Part shown: positions 1 to 16,190 of the stretch, piece after piece
Numbering within the stretch: position 1 is the stretch's first letter
Layout: each line of letters begins with the position of its first letter
Origin: the human T2T-CHM13v2.0 reference genome, Homo sapiens
NCBI RefSeq assembly: GCF_009914755.1
Contig: NC_060937.1
Direction: 5' to 3' (one strand)
DNA: 64,000 nucleotides
Program-made: the position numbers and the translations under genes
Notes under the pieces: generated by a model
Told to the model about the DNA's origin: nothing
Database searches by the model: none
The model's input: the letters and a program-made list of their open reading frames with translations, nothing else

Positions 1-1174
1 AATATACCCATACCTGGCTGCAAAACGAACACAAATAACTGGAGTATATCATCTGTATTCTAGCTAGGTGTGAGCCCAGTATAAATTCACACTATGAAAA
101 TGGCGAAAAAAAGAAATTGGCATGTACAACTTTCAGAATTTGCAATTTGGGAGGTACGAGATTAACTAAAAATGTCAAAATTAGCAAGTCAAAGTCAGAT
201 CTTAAATATATGTAGGTACTATTTTGTATGCTTATTTACATTTTTATTTCTAAAGGGGCAGTATACTTCACTAAAAACTTTCCAAACATAAATACCAAAC
301 ATTAAGAAGTAGAAATGCTTTCATTTCACTGAAAAATTTCTCATGTAGATACGTTTTATTTTCTGTAACTGCAGGTATAATTTTAAATGATAATATAAGT
401 CCTCTAATGCTTGCCAGAAAAAAAATTTTAATAGGACTTCTATATTTATATTAAAGGATTGTACAAATGGTAATAAAGACTTAAAATTTGATAAATGAAT
501 GGTTTTGACATAGAATGTCACACAAGAAGATTAAATAATATTATTGCTTTTTTCATTGAATAAATGGTTGTAAAAAAGTATTTGTACTCAAGTGTTTTCT
601 ACCCAATAAACTATAATATCTCCTGGAAAAATATTCAGTGCCTTGCCACTATTAAACATCAATCAATTTCTTTTAATATGGCTGGTATATTGGAACATAT
701 TAGTAGACAGGCAAATAATTGTTGCTTTCATAAAGACTGTATTCTGTTGGGAGACACTTGAATCTAATTATGCACAAATCATAATAAATGCATGATTACC
801 AACTGAGATTTTTGACTATTAAAGAAACCATTCATGTAAATGAAAATAAATAAATCTTAATTAGGATAGGGATTGGGGTAGGGCTTTAGCGGCTATTCTG
901 TAGAAATAACTGTTTATTTTAGATTTGAAAGGTAAGTAATTTTAAAGAGGCTCGAGAAGAATACAATGAAAAGAAGAAACAGCATGGACTCTTCTACAAG
1001 GAGGGAAGGAACATGAGAGATTTGTGAAACTGAGAAACCAACCAGCATTTAGAAATTAATGGAAGGTGCAGTGTGAGATGAATATGAAGTTGTTGGCAGA
1101 GACAAGATCACTCTAGGTCATAAAACCCACCATGTCAGCTATTTTTATATTAATCCTAAGAGAAATGTGATTTA

Positions 1175-1410
1175 ATCACAGAGGCAGCACATACAGGGGT
1201 TAAAATCATAGATTCTGAAATCCCAGCTCTGCTATTTACTAGCTGTGTGACCTTCATAACTTCCTCCTGACAGTTTTTTTTCTCTGAAATGAGAATAACA
1301 TATTATCTGCTTCTTAGAGTTCTTATGGGTATAATTGAATTTATAATCTTAAAGTATTTAAAACACTGCCAAGATCATAATAAATGCCAGGTAAGAATTT
1401 GATAAATGTG
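1175..1410 (+). mobile_element. MIR SINE remnant
   Basis: MIR core 'aatcccagctctgctatttactagctgtgtgacctt' and downstream 'aaatgagaataa...gtatttaaaacactgcc'. Confidence 0.75.
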
Positions 1411-4400
1411 CATTTGAAAATGTAAAACACGAGAGGCTAAAATGAAAACCTAGTATTTAAGAAGTTAATTTTGCAGCCTAGTTTAGAGAAGCTGATAACC
1501 AAGGACTCCTAGTTTTCTGACTTTCAGAGACTCTGTTCTTGTTTCTAAATGCTAAGATTACCTGAGAGAAGCCACTTTGCAATGTGTATGCTTCCCATTG
1601 ACGTTTGTCACCATGCTTCACCTCCAAATTGGGACCATGAGTCCAGCCTTTGCTCTTCTCCACGAACTGAATTATGCATAGGGCTTCCATTCTACTCATC
1701 CCAGGAAGAAACAGTCCCCATAGGATGTCTTCCCTGTGGAACTAATTATGGTTATTAATTGTATGCAAAATTAAACTGTAAAGTGGAGTAAAAGCTTTGT
1801 GCAGAAGCATAATATTTAATTGAGTGCTAATTCTATTGTGATTATTTTAAATAATAGGAGCGTGGTAGTTAAAAAAAATGTATAGCAATGGTTTGCTGGA
1901 CAGCTAAAAAAAACCCTGTAAAAAAAAAACCTGTCCAGGTTTTTTACCTGGACAGGTAAAAAACCCTGCATATGATCACAAATGCCAAGGTATTCAAAAG
2001 ATGGTTTATTTTATTTGTCAGTCAAAATGTATTGCTCAATTTGATTTGCTCTAACATTCTCTCACACTTGATCCTCATGTTGTGTAGGAAATATTTTCAG
2101 ATTACATGCAGAAAACTACCTATGAAGACATCAATCAGGGCAGCAAAACTAGTACTGGATTTTCTAAATGTATCCTAAAGGATAGACCTGAAATTGATGA
2201 GGGAGAATGAAGATGTGGCTTTTTTTGTGTTATATTCATTGTCCTAATATATCTTATAGTGCTTGCAAATTTGATTTTCTTAAACCATACATGGAATACA
2301 GTTGTTTGTCAAGGGTTAAAAAGCATTGCAAGTTCTGAAGTAAACATGTACAAAGGTCATACATAGTATCCATACTGATTCAGGGAGGCTTTGTTGTGAA
2401 AAAGACACTTATATTTTCCTTCAGAGTTGAAACTATTTCTTACAAAATTGAAAGTAGATAATAGATTATAAATCAGTAAATCAGCAAAATGTTACCTTAT
2501 CCAGGGGATGTCTAACATGAGGTCAGTTAAAATGAATAATTACTTTAAAGCTGAGGTGTGGATCATCTTGGTATCCTTCCAAATCCCAGATGTCCTACCT
2601 GAAATCAAGTCCAACCTCTTTAACAACCTCTCCAAAACAATCTTGATTGCTTCGTGTTCATACATCATAAATTGGTTTAAAATAGAGAGGCACAATATCC
2701 AAGATAGTATAGAATCATAAGAAAACTTTTAAAAACTCTTATAAAAATATAAATGCATTAATTTTAGCAATATTTGGAGCAAAATTATGTGTAGTTTTAT
2801 GAATGCATATTTTATTAATACGTGGATTTTTCTATGAAATTATCAGGCTTAGTATGCTTTATTTCAAGCATAAGATAGACAGTAACGAAATGGGTTTACT
2901 TTATTTTTCATTGCAAATATGCCAACAGCTAATCACCTATTTTATTTTTTAAATTGTTTATGTCTTGAGAAAACAAAACTATCTAAAGTTAAGCCTCGCT
3001 GAAAGAGTAAGCATTGTTTATTTGTGTTAACATATACATTATCGAGCATCTATTTGGCATAGAGAATCTTGTCTAATCATTTTGATTTGGTAGTATCTGA
3101 AGTCATTCCCTTTTTTCATATTTATTTGCAATATGAAAATGTTTCCAATTTGAAGATAAGTTAATTTTTTCATTTTTCTGAGAAAATAGAGACAAAAAGA
3201 TGTTTTAATAACTAGCTTATATTGAAAAATTGAGTTTTAGCACGTAACCTTTTCAAGCTAGTTATATTTGAGATAATTAGTAAGGATAAGCAATGTCTAG
3301 AAGCTGAGTAAGTCATAATTAATTTCAGCTATCTCTGGTAAAAAATATTCATGGATGAAAGAAATTTCAGAAAGAATTTTATTTGACTAAAATTAGCAAG
3401 AAAATAATTAATCCAGGAAAATTTTCTTGATAAACCATAGGTAGGTTGATATTCATTAATTTTCTCAAAGATAACAAGGTCACCTTTTCAGCTCTAATAC
3501 CAGCACTCTCTTAGCAATACCTGATCTGCATAGATATTGATTTCTCCTTCAGTTCTCAAATTGGGTTCACTGGTCGAGTTGTAAGGAGCTCCCTCTGCAC
3601 TACTTGTTGCTGATCAAGGTCTGTTTATTAAGAGTGAAGCTGCTTAGCTTTTCCAAGATTCCACCAAGATAATCAGAATCTGGAATATTCAAAACAGTTT
3701 TTTTAAAAATACACACACGTGGAGAAAAAGGCAATTAGAAGAAATCAAAATGCAGTTTGAAATAATCTATAGCAAAAGGAAATAGAATCTTATAGAATAA
3801 TATATTTTTAAAACCTATGTAAACACACAATTATTTGGAAATCTAAGTTATTATTATTATATAACCTTCTTGATAGATGGGAAATAAACTAAATATTATG
3901 GTTAAAGTAACCATAATTTATACATAAAACAAAGAAAATAATTTTTAAGAAACATTCTGCAAAGATATACACACGTGTAAAACTGATGCAAAGCAAGAGA
4001 ATATTATTATATAAAACATTACATCATCAAGATTTATTTGTGCATTTCTACTGCATGCTACTAAACTAATATTTTTCCATCCTAAAAATCCAAATTCTTA
4101 ACTCCTAAGAAATAATATCTCTATATTTCTGTGGCCTTTTTTGCTAGGCCTGAGTTTAAATTTGCCCAAGTGCCACACATGAGCTCAGGTGCTATTTAAT
4201 TCATTCCCCTGCAGGTGAATAGGGTATATATATGTGGACCTTTATAACTTCTACTACTTTGCTGTAGTGCTGAGGGCTGTTTGTGGTGGCTTACAGAATG
4301 AGAAATCAATTAAAATATCTCAACGGGCAGTACAGTGTATTGCGCTGTAATCATGTTATATATATTCATAGACATAGATAAAGTTTTCTCTACTGTTATT

Positions 4401-4784
4401 TTACGTATGTTACTCTAGGAAGTTAGAACTCTCACTCAACGAAGTAGAATAAAAACTCAATCATATAATAACAGAAAAAATTTTTCAATATACAATAGAA
4501 TTTTTTTCCACAAAGCACTGAAGCAACAATAATTAAACGTGTTAATGGTTAACACAGTCGGAGGATCAACATAACAGTATCAACTGTGTTGGATATAGGC
4601 AAAGTTGGGCAAACCAAAATCAATATCACCACTAGAACAAACAAAAAATTAAAATAAAATTCAAGCACAATTTATGGATTTCAACAAGTGTGTTTGATTA
4701 CTAATACCTAGATTAAAACAAAATGAAAGAAATTACAGTGAGATAAAAAGTATTTGTTTCTCATAACAATATCCATAGTAAATA

Positions 4785-4862
4785 GCAAAGTTTCTTAGGC
4801 CTGCAATACACGCTAAAAACAATTGAGTGCATGCATGAATGAATGAATGAAAGAATGAATAC
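4785..4862 (+). mobile_element. L2 3' end fragment with (GAAT)n tail
   Basis: 'ggcctgcaatacacgctaaaaac...gaatgaatgaatgaa' resembles the L2 terminus. Confidence 0.4.
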
Positions 4863-5314
4863 ATCCTTATTCTTTGCTTTGTCTTAAATTACATTTGGTG
4901 CAATTGTAGAAAATACAGTAATTTCTTAATGGAAGAACATGCAGCAGTTTGGTGATTCAACTAACTACAATGGGATAAGGTTATTGTGGTCCTCTGTAAT
5001 TTAGATTTAAAAGGAATAGTTTTCTGAGAGATGTCAGATGAAAAGGCTATCCCCAAAAAAGAAACCATTGTTTCTTTGGCATTTTCTGCTCTCCCACTGC
5101 AAAGCCTCTCTTCTGCAAATGTGGAAAATATATAAAAATGATTGTCTAACAGGGAGGCTATGATTACTTTGCTTAAAATCATATTTTGTTGGATACATCT
5201 GTGTAAGAATTTTCCAGTTAAAAATGAAGTTATATTGAATGTGGATTTAATGTTAACGACCCTTAGATTTTCCTATTTATATGTTTCAAACTAATAAGAG
5301 CTAACCCAAAAATA

Positions 5315-5840
5315 GTGTGATAGGAAAAATAATGGCCTCCCAAAAATATCTATGTCCTAATCTCCAGAATTTGTGACTACATTCTGTTACATGACAAGGG
5401 GCGATTAAGGTTACAGCTGGAATTAAGTTTGCTAATTTGATTACTTTCAAATCAGAAGATTATCCTTGGCTAACCCCAGTGCAACCAATGTAATCATAGG
5501 ATCCTTACATGGGGAAGAAGGGGTAGAATTGTCAGAATCAGAGAGATGGGAGAGAAGGAGGCTCAGAGAAAATGACAACTTAATCTTGCTGGTGTTGAAG
5601 ATAAAGGAATGTGGCCACAAGATAAGGACTAGGGGTGGCCTGTAGAAGCTGAAAAGGCAAGTAAATGAATTCTACCCTAAAGCCTCTAGAAAGTAATGCA
5701 GCCGTACAGGTATGGTGAGTTTAGGCAGTAAGTCCTAGTTCAGACTCCTGACATAGCAAACTGAAAGATAACAAATTTGGGTTATTTTAAGCCACTATGT
5801 TTATAGTAATTTGTTACAGCAGCAATAGAAAACTAATAAC
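5315..5840 (+). mobile_element. MLT1 (MLT1D-like) MaLR solo LTR
   Basis: Start 'tgtgataggaaaaataatggcctcccaaaa', end 'gtaatttgttacagcagcaatagaaaactaata' typical of MLT1. Confidence 0.8.
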
Positions 5841-6599
5841 CTGGGTAGTTTATTTAATCTTAATAGTAACTATAAATGGTGAATGCAGTTAACAAATGTC
5901 ACATTGTGATGGGAACATATTGATGCAACTGAATTTTATTTTAATATTCTGAATGAAAAATTATGAATTTCCAACCATCAATAAAATGTATGTACATACC
6001 TCCAAAGTGATCAGTAAATTCCCGCTCTGACAATAATCCCCTATGTCTCAACATATAATGTTTACTTAAATGCAATGAAGAAAAATACCTAAGACAGCTG
6101 AGCTACAGAAAGAAAAATAGAACTGTGTATGACAGAAAAATTCCTACAAGAACTGGAGATAAGATTTTAAGGTCACAGATCTCTGAGCTATAATTGTGCA
6201 GTGGTTGTGCTGGTTTGCTTCCCATGGCCAGAAACAGGATTAAAGTTAGGCTCACTGCATGAAGCCTGGATCCGATGGAGACCCACAGAAACCCTCCCTC
6301 ATGAAAAGAGACTGAGAAAACTCCTGACACATACCACTTTTTTCAAATGCCAACATGTGCTTTGGTCGACTATATGCTAGTGACAAAGAAAGACACAGAC
6401 ACAAAACGTTTAAATCTAAACCATTCAGTTTCTCTGAGGATGGATCTCCATTTCCCAATTCATCTTTGCATAGTGAACCTTAACATTAATTATGAGGCAT
6501 CTTTCTGAGTCTGAGTCCTGAAGTGCTAAGTGAAGGCAAAAATACAGCATCAACAACAACTATTAAAAAGCCTTGACAGTATTAGTAAAGGAATGCTTT

Positions 6600-8720
6600 A
6601 TTTATTGTATTGAAAGCATGGATACATGTATAGCAATCCCAGGGCCTTTTGAGTGTTTCAGAGTTGTGGCATTAATAATAATCTCAACCCTATCTGACCT
6701 CTGAAGTTAGTTAATATAAGGTCAGTGGCAAGTAAGGAGTGGGGCCTTGATACATGGAAGGGGGACATTTGTAAAGAATCAGATAAGATTAAAAACCGTA
6801 AGACCCCCGGACACTTGAAACTCCTTCCTCAGCCAAATAGTCTTTGCATCACTATTGGAGGGAACTTGCCATCCCTGCATAACAACTTCCAAGGACTTCA
6901 CCAGCTGCAGTTGCCACACAACCAAAACTCTTCAGGATCCCAACCCACAAGCCCTAATTACCTCCAGCCTAGAGTGCAATGTAGATCTCAAAATATCCCA
7001 GTCACAGAAATACAAAACATAGTATGGAAGAAGATAGGCTATAAAAATAAATTTTTTAAAAAGTTGTTTGCCCTCACCTATTTATATAGGCAAAGGTAAA
7101 TTTCTCAGAAGGAAACAGATGACAAACTGAAAAGGAGTAATTTGGAGTGAATATTTCCAAAGGCATTTGAGCATCCTTGAAAAGATGTACAGTCACCTGA
7201 GCTTACTGACTTCTGTAGGTCATAGGGGATATTGGACGATGTTGCAATGAATTGAGTTTCCAGCTATCAATGGGAATAATGGGATCCTAGCACAATAGAG
7301 GCCAAATGGTACTGTTAACCATCAAAGGCAAGGATAAATGCAAGCCATCAGGCATCTGAGTATATGGCTAATTGGTTATAGTGTCAAGAAATACCTAAGA
7401 AATAGAAAAACTTTAAATTATGGCTTCCCATAAAATTTTGCAAATAATAAAAATGATGCTTATTATAAGTTTAATAGGAAGACAAAGAAGTTGAACCAAT
7501 AGGGTGGAGATTCATGGCTTCTTACCCATTCACTTAAACAGATCACAGACCAACAGACCTTCGATAAAGGGGAATCCAGAAACTCTGAAGGTACTCTGTA
7601 ACATACCTCATGCACACCGTAAATTTGTCCTATCCACAATACATTAGAGACATGAAATGCTCAGAGCTGTTAGGGGTTGATATGGTTCTGATCTGTGTCC
7701 CCACCCACATCTCATGTTCAATTGCACTCCCCAGTATTAGGGTAGGGCCCTGGTAGGAGGTGATTAGATCATTGGGACGGATTTACCCTATGCTGTTCTC
7801 GTGATAGTCAGTGAGTTCTTACAAGATCTGGTTGTTTAAAAGTGTGTAGCATTTCCCCCTTCACTCTTTCTCTCTCCTGCCACTATGTGAAGACTGAGCC
7901 TGCTTCCCCTTCGCCCTTTTGCCATTATTGTAAGTTTCCTGAGGTCTCCCAGCCATGCTTCCGGTACAGTCTGCAGAACTGTGAGTCAATTAAACCTGTT
8001 TTCTTCATAAATTACCCAGTCTCAGATAGTTCTTTATAGCAATGTGAAAATGGATTAATACAGGGATTATTAGATGCTGGCTCTAAATTGACACTGATCT
8101 TCAATGATCTAAAATCCAACATAGGCCATGAATCAGAGAGACAACTTGTGCAGGTTAGATGATAGTTGAAGCTAATTCTGGCTTGAGTCTGACTCACAGT
8201 GGTTCCATTGGCACTACATATCTCCTGTGGTTAATTAACCAGTCTCAAAATATACAGTGTAATAAGATATATTTCATAGGTGGAATATTTCAGTATTGGC
8301 TCCTGACCTGGGAAGATATGTTATGGTATATGATAATCAGGTAATAAATGAAATGTCACCCTTGGCCCAGATCACAGTGGGTAAACCGGGTCTATCTACA
8401 GAACTACAGGGTAGTCATTTATTTACCCAGTCCCCAAACGCATTAGAATAAACATACTTGTTAAATCATACAATCCCACCATTTTGGTTCTTTGTGCCAC
8501 AGATTATGAGCTAATATAAACAGAACGGCTAGATTGAAGCCTCTGAAATGGGTATTAAATTAAAATAATAACAATCCCATAGAAACTGCCAGGAAACAAT
8601 GTCATCCTTAAATATTAAAGGATGCAAAAGTACTAGTAACTGATATTTCTAATTAATTTGCCAGATTTGCCCCTGCAAAAATCAAACATCCTGAAGGATA
8701 AGGTGATTGCCATATGTTCA
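6600..8720 (+). mobile_element. Degenerate ERVL internal region (gag-protease remnants), interrupted by an MST LTR
   Basis: ORF 6725 begins SKEWGLDTWKGDI (ERVL gag KEWDP.TW.GD-like); 8064-8100 reads GLLDAGSKLTLI (cf. protease LLDTGSELTLI). Confidence 0.65.
7678..8062 (+). mobile_element. MST (MSTA-like) MaLR solo LTR
   Basis: 'tgatatggtt...ggattaataca' termini; near-perfect 5-bp TSD ggggt (7673-7677) / gggat (8063-8067). Confidence 0.85.
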
Positions 8721-8728
8721 ACCAAGTA

Positions 8729-9676
<948 letters not shown>

Positions 9677-9751
9677 GAGTTTCAACAAGAGTTTGCTTTA
9701 TGTCAAATGTTACATGATCAAGGTAAATTAAGTATCATACTTACCACATAG

Positions 9752-10147
<396 letters not shown>

Positions 10148-10181
10148 AATTATAAGTAGTTTTAACCCCTTTTGGATTATG

Positions 10182-10184
<3 letters not shown>

Positions 10185-10212
<28 letters not shown>
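10185..10212. repeat. (TG)14 microsatellite
   Basis: Directly visible. Confidence 0.95.
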
Positions 10213-10215
<3 letters not shown>

Positions 10216-10804
10216 TATAATTTTGGTCTCTGTGCTTTCAGAAATCACCCTACTTATTTCTCTGTTCCAGAATTCTGGATTCAATTTTAAGCATGATAGA
10301 TTTAAATATATGAGAACATTTATGTTGCTTTTGGAGTTAGATTATAGTTATAAAATGAAACTAAGAATCTAAGGTGCTGATTTCACAGAGTTAATGGATA
10401 GGCAGGTAAAATATATGTTGAATGCCATTCATGTAAGTCTGTTCATAATGTATTTTATAACATTTCTGTATACAAGAGCAAAAACAAAATGGCCATGGCA
10501 CAAATAATAATTCATATTAAGTCAATAAAAATAGAAAACAAGCGATAATGTTATATATATTGTATATACATGCTAGCAATGAAAAAATTATTTACTCATT
10601 TCATGCAAATTATTTTTATCTAACTCAAGCATTCATTTGAAAGTAGGTGTGAACATTATTTTCTGTAGCTGTAAGCTGTATTAGGATGGTAATATGAAGA
10701 CACTTCATTTCCAATATATAGTTGTCGAATCTCAAAGCATTGTCTGGAACCAATTATCCATGCTGCTCTAGCCTTAAATATCAGATATCATGATTCTGAT
10801 ACCC

Positions 10805-11938
10805 TTGATGTGGAAAAATCTTTTGACAAAATGCAACATCTTTTCATGATAAAAACCCTCAACAGACTAAGCATTTAAGGGACATGGCTGAAAATAATAA
10901 CAGCCATCTATGACAAACCCACAGCCAACATCATACTGAATGGGCAAAAGTTAGAAGCAGTCACCTTCCGAGAATTAGAACAAGACAAGAATGACCATTT
11001 TCACCACTCTATTCAACATAGTACTGGAAGTGCTAGCCAGTGCAACCAGGAAAGAGAAAGAAATAAAAGACATCTAAATAGGAAAAGAAGACAAACTACT
11101 TCTCCTCACAGACAATATAGTTCTGTACCTAGAAAACCCTAAAGACAAGGCCAAATGGCTCCTGGAATGAAGAAGTAACTTCAGTGAAGTTTCAGGATAC
11201 AAACTCTATGTACAAACCACTAGCATTTCTGTACATCAATAATATTCAAGCTAAGAATACAATCAAGAATGCAATCCATTTAGAATAGCCACCAAAAAAA
11301 CCACCTAGAAATACATCTAACCAAGGAGTTGAAAGGTCTCTATAAGGAGGAATACAAAACACAGCTGAAAGAAATCACAGATGATACAAACAAATAGAAA
11401 AACATTTCATGCTAGTGCTAGATATATATTCAAAAGAAAGTAAATCATTCTACCAAAAAGACACATGAACTCACATATTCATTGCAACACTATTCACAAT
11501 AGCAAAGACGTGGGATCAACCTAGGTGCCCATCGATGGCAGATTGGATAAAGACAATATGGTACATATACTCCATGGTATAACAATGAATGAAATCATGT
11601 CCTTTGCAGCAACATGGATGTAGCTGGAGGCCATTATCCTAAGTGAATGAATGCAGTAACAGAAAATAAAATACCACAGATTCTCATACGTGGGAGCTAA
11701 ACTTTGGGTACTCATGCACACAGAAATGGCAACAAAAAAACTGGGGACTATGGAGGGAGGTAGGGAAGGGGACAAATTGAAAAAGTACCTGTTGGGTACT
11801 ATGTATGCTCAGTGCCTGGGTGACAGGATCAGTCTTACCCTAAACCTCAGCACCATGCAATATACCCAGGTACCAAACCTGCATATGTAACCCCTGAATC
11901 TAAAATAAAAGTTGAAATTATTTTTTAAAAAAGAAAAA
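10805..11938 (+). mobile_element. Old primate L1 (L1PB / late L1PA-type), 5'-truncated, with ~1.1 kb internal deletion near 11412
   Basis: ORF2 RT-region homology from 10805; jumps from 'aacatttcatgct' to ORF2 C-terminus; 3' end 'cccctgaatctaaaataaaagttgaa' and A tail. Confidence 0.85.
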
Positions 11939-12852
11939 ACCGTTTCCTTGTTTCAATTGCTTCATTCATCAATGTCCTGCCTCTTGGAATATTAGATAAA
12001 TGTAGTTGACAAAAATTTAAAAACAAAGCATTTTTACTTGTGCAGTTGAAAAAAACAAGTCTGAAGGGATCAGGGATATTTCATTGCTTCTACTTACTCT
12101 GAGTCTCCAACTATAAAGCATGTCATTCACAGAAATGACATAGATCATAAATCCTTTTTTACAACTTATATGTTTTGGCTTCATTTTTATTAGGTCACAG
12201 GTGACCTAATAATACATATATGTATTGTGATATACCTAGGTTCTTTGGAGGGAGCTACTCAAATCTAAAAACCATAATTTCAACAGCAATTATTCTAAAG
12301 GATTTGCCCAACTGAGGAACAATAATAATGGGAGAGACTCTTTGTTTGGGTCCTTACTATTACACTAATAAAATACTGCTGTACATGATGAAACATACAA
12401 CGAAATAAAAACACCATACGGGCATACCTCAGAGATATTGCAGGTTCAGTTCAGATCACCACAATAAAGCCAATGTCAAAATAAAAAGAGTCATACAAAT
12501 TTTTTGGTTCCTGAACGCATACAAAAATGATATTTACCCTATACTGTGGTACATTAAATGTACTATGGCATAATCTAGAAAACAATATTCATATCTTAAT
12601 TTTAAAATATTTTATTGTAAAAAGTGCTGACAATCAACTGAACTTCCAGCAATAATAATCTTTTCTTTTGTGGATGATTTCACCTTGATGCTATTGGCTG
12701 CTGACTGATTAGGGTAGTGGTGGCTAAAGCTTAGAGTGGCTGTGGCAACTTCCAGAATAAGACAATAATGATGTTTGCCACATTGATGGACTCTTCATGA
12801 AAGATTTCTCTGTAGCATGTAATGCTGATTGATAATATTTTACCTAAAGTAG

Positions 12853-13641
<789 letters not shown>

Positions 13642-15603
13642 TAAGTTTATGTACTAATCAAAAATTTTTATTGACATTTCAACAATGTTCACAGTATCTT
13701 CACCAGGAGTAGTTTCCATCTCAAGAAATCACTTTCTTAGATCATTCATGAGAAGCAGCTTCTAATCCATTAATATTTGATGATGAAATTCAGTAATATA
13801 TTCAGGTTCCACTTTGAATTCTAGATATTTTGCCATTTTTACCACATCTGCAGTTACTTCGTCCACAAAAATCTTGAACCTCTCTCAAAGTCAACCATGA
13901 AGGTTGGAATCAGCTTCTTCCAATCTACTGTTAATGTTGATATTTTGACCTCTTCCCACAAATCATGAATGTTCTTAATGGCATCTAGAATGGTGACTCT
14001 TTTTCAGAAGGTTTTCAATTTACTTTGACCAGACCCATCAAATCCATCATGATCTATGGCAGCTATAGCCTTAGAAAATTTATTTCTTAGGTAATAAAAC
14101 TTGAAAGTAAAATTACTTCTTGATCCATGGGCTGCAAAATGGATGTTGTGTTTGCAGGCATAGAAACAACATTAATCTATTTGTACATCTCCATCAGAGC
14201 TCTTAGGTGACTAGGTGTATTGTCAGTGGGTGGTAATATTTTGAAAGCAATCTTTTTATTATTTTTTTTCCTGAGTAGTAGATCTCACTAGTTGGCTTAA
14301 AATATTCAGTAAATCAAGCTGTAAACAAATGTGCTGTCGTGTGGATTTTCGTTGTTATATTTTAGAGTGAATTTTGCAGAATTCTTAAAGGCCCTTAGAT
14401 TTTCAGCATGGAAAACGAGCACTGGTTTTAAATTAAAGTCACCAGCTGCATTAGCCCAAGGGTTAACCTATCCTTCAAGACTTTGAAGCCAGACATTGAC
14501 TTCTCTTTTGCTATGGAAGTCTTAGATTGCATCTTCTTCCAGTATAAGGCTGTTTCATCTATATTAAAAATCTGTTGTTTAGTGCATCTGTCTTGATCAA
14601 TTATATTAGCTAGGTATTCTGGATAACTTGCTGTAGCTTCTACATTAGCACTTGCTGCTTCACCTTGCACTCTTATGTTAGCAGAGGCAGTTTTTTGTTT
14701 TTCCCCCTAAAGCTTCATGAACCAACTTCCACTAGCTTTAAATTTTCCTCTGCAGCTTCCTCACCTCTCTCAGCCTTCAGAGAATGGCAGAGAGTTAGGG
14801 TCTTTTTCTGTATTAGTCTTTAGCTAAAGATAGTGCTGGGGCTGATTTAATCTATCCAGACCACTAAAACTTTCTCTATACAGTAATAAGGCCATTTCAC
14901 TTTCTTATCACTCTTGGGTTCACTGAAGTAGCACTTATACTTTCCTTCAAGAACTTTTCCTTTGCATTGAAGACTTGGCTCACTTTTTGTCACAAGAGGT
15001 CTAGCTCGTGGCCTATCTTGGCGTTCTACATGTCTTTCTGACTAATCTTAATTATTTCTAATTTTTTATTTAGAGTTAGAGATATGCAACTCTTTCTGTC
15101 CCTTGAGCATTTAGAGGCCATTGTAGGGTTATTAACTGTCCTCATTCCAATACTGCTGTGTCTTTAGGAATAAAATAGGTGGCCTGTGAAGAAGTAGAGA
15201 GGGAAGTAGAGAGGTGGGGCAATGATCATTCTCTGAAGCAGTCAGAACACATACAGCAGTTATCAATTAAGCTTGTCATCCTATATGGGCATGGATATGG
15301 CATGCAGAACAACTGCAATAGTAATGTCAAAGAGCACTAATTACAAATCAGTATAGCAGATGTAATAATAACAAAAACGTTGGAAATATTGCTCAGATTA
15401 CCAAAATGTGTAATAGAAACACAAAGTAAACATATTAACACAAAGTAAACACGTTAGAAAAATGGCACTGATAGACTTGCTGGAAGCAGGGTTGCCACAG
15501 ATCTTCAACCGGTAAATAATTCAAAATATGTGAAGTGCAATAAAGCAAAGTGAAATGAAAGGAGGTATGCCTGTACATTTTGCTACACACATTTAAAACA
15601 AAC

Positions 15604-15918
<315 letters not shown>

Positions 15919-16054
15919 TAAGGAATTCGAAGATATTTATTTGGATATAATTCATTGAAAGAGTCTTTCTTTAGAATGAAGTGTGAATCTTACATTGTCC
16001 AGGTTCTTCAATACTCATCTTTGGAAACCTCGCTGTGCTTTTGTTAGGTCAGTC

Positions 16055-16190
16055 TGTGTCATCGTCTGAATCTTTGTGCTTCCCCCAAATTTATATGTTT
16101 AAACCTAATTCCCAATATGATGGTGTTAGGAGGTTGGGCCTTTAGAGGTATTTAGGTTAGGAGGCAGAGCTCTCCTGATAAGAACTATCC
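16055..16190 (+). mobile_element. MLT1-type LTR 5' fragment
   Basis: 'tctgaatctttgtgcttcccccaaatttatatgtttaaacctaattcccaatatgatggtgttaggagg'. Confidence 0.65.

Noticed and set aside
6725-7099. 124-aa ORF as a cellular or domesticated gene
   Set aside because: Starts at GTG, only the N-terminus resembles ERVL gag, and the surroundings are full of stops.
10596-10612. Octamer ATGCAAAT with Sox-like flank (also near 56085-56096)
   Set aside because: Expected by chance in 64 kb of AT-rich DNA; the Sox half-site is mismatched.
14428-14670. TIGD1-like gene
   Set aside because: Short open piece of a decayed Tigger1 transposase with frameshifts and stops around it.
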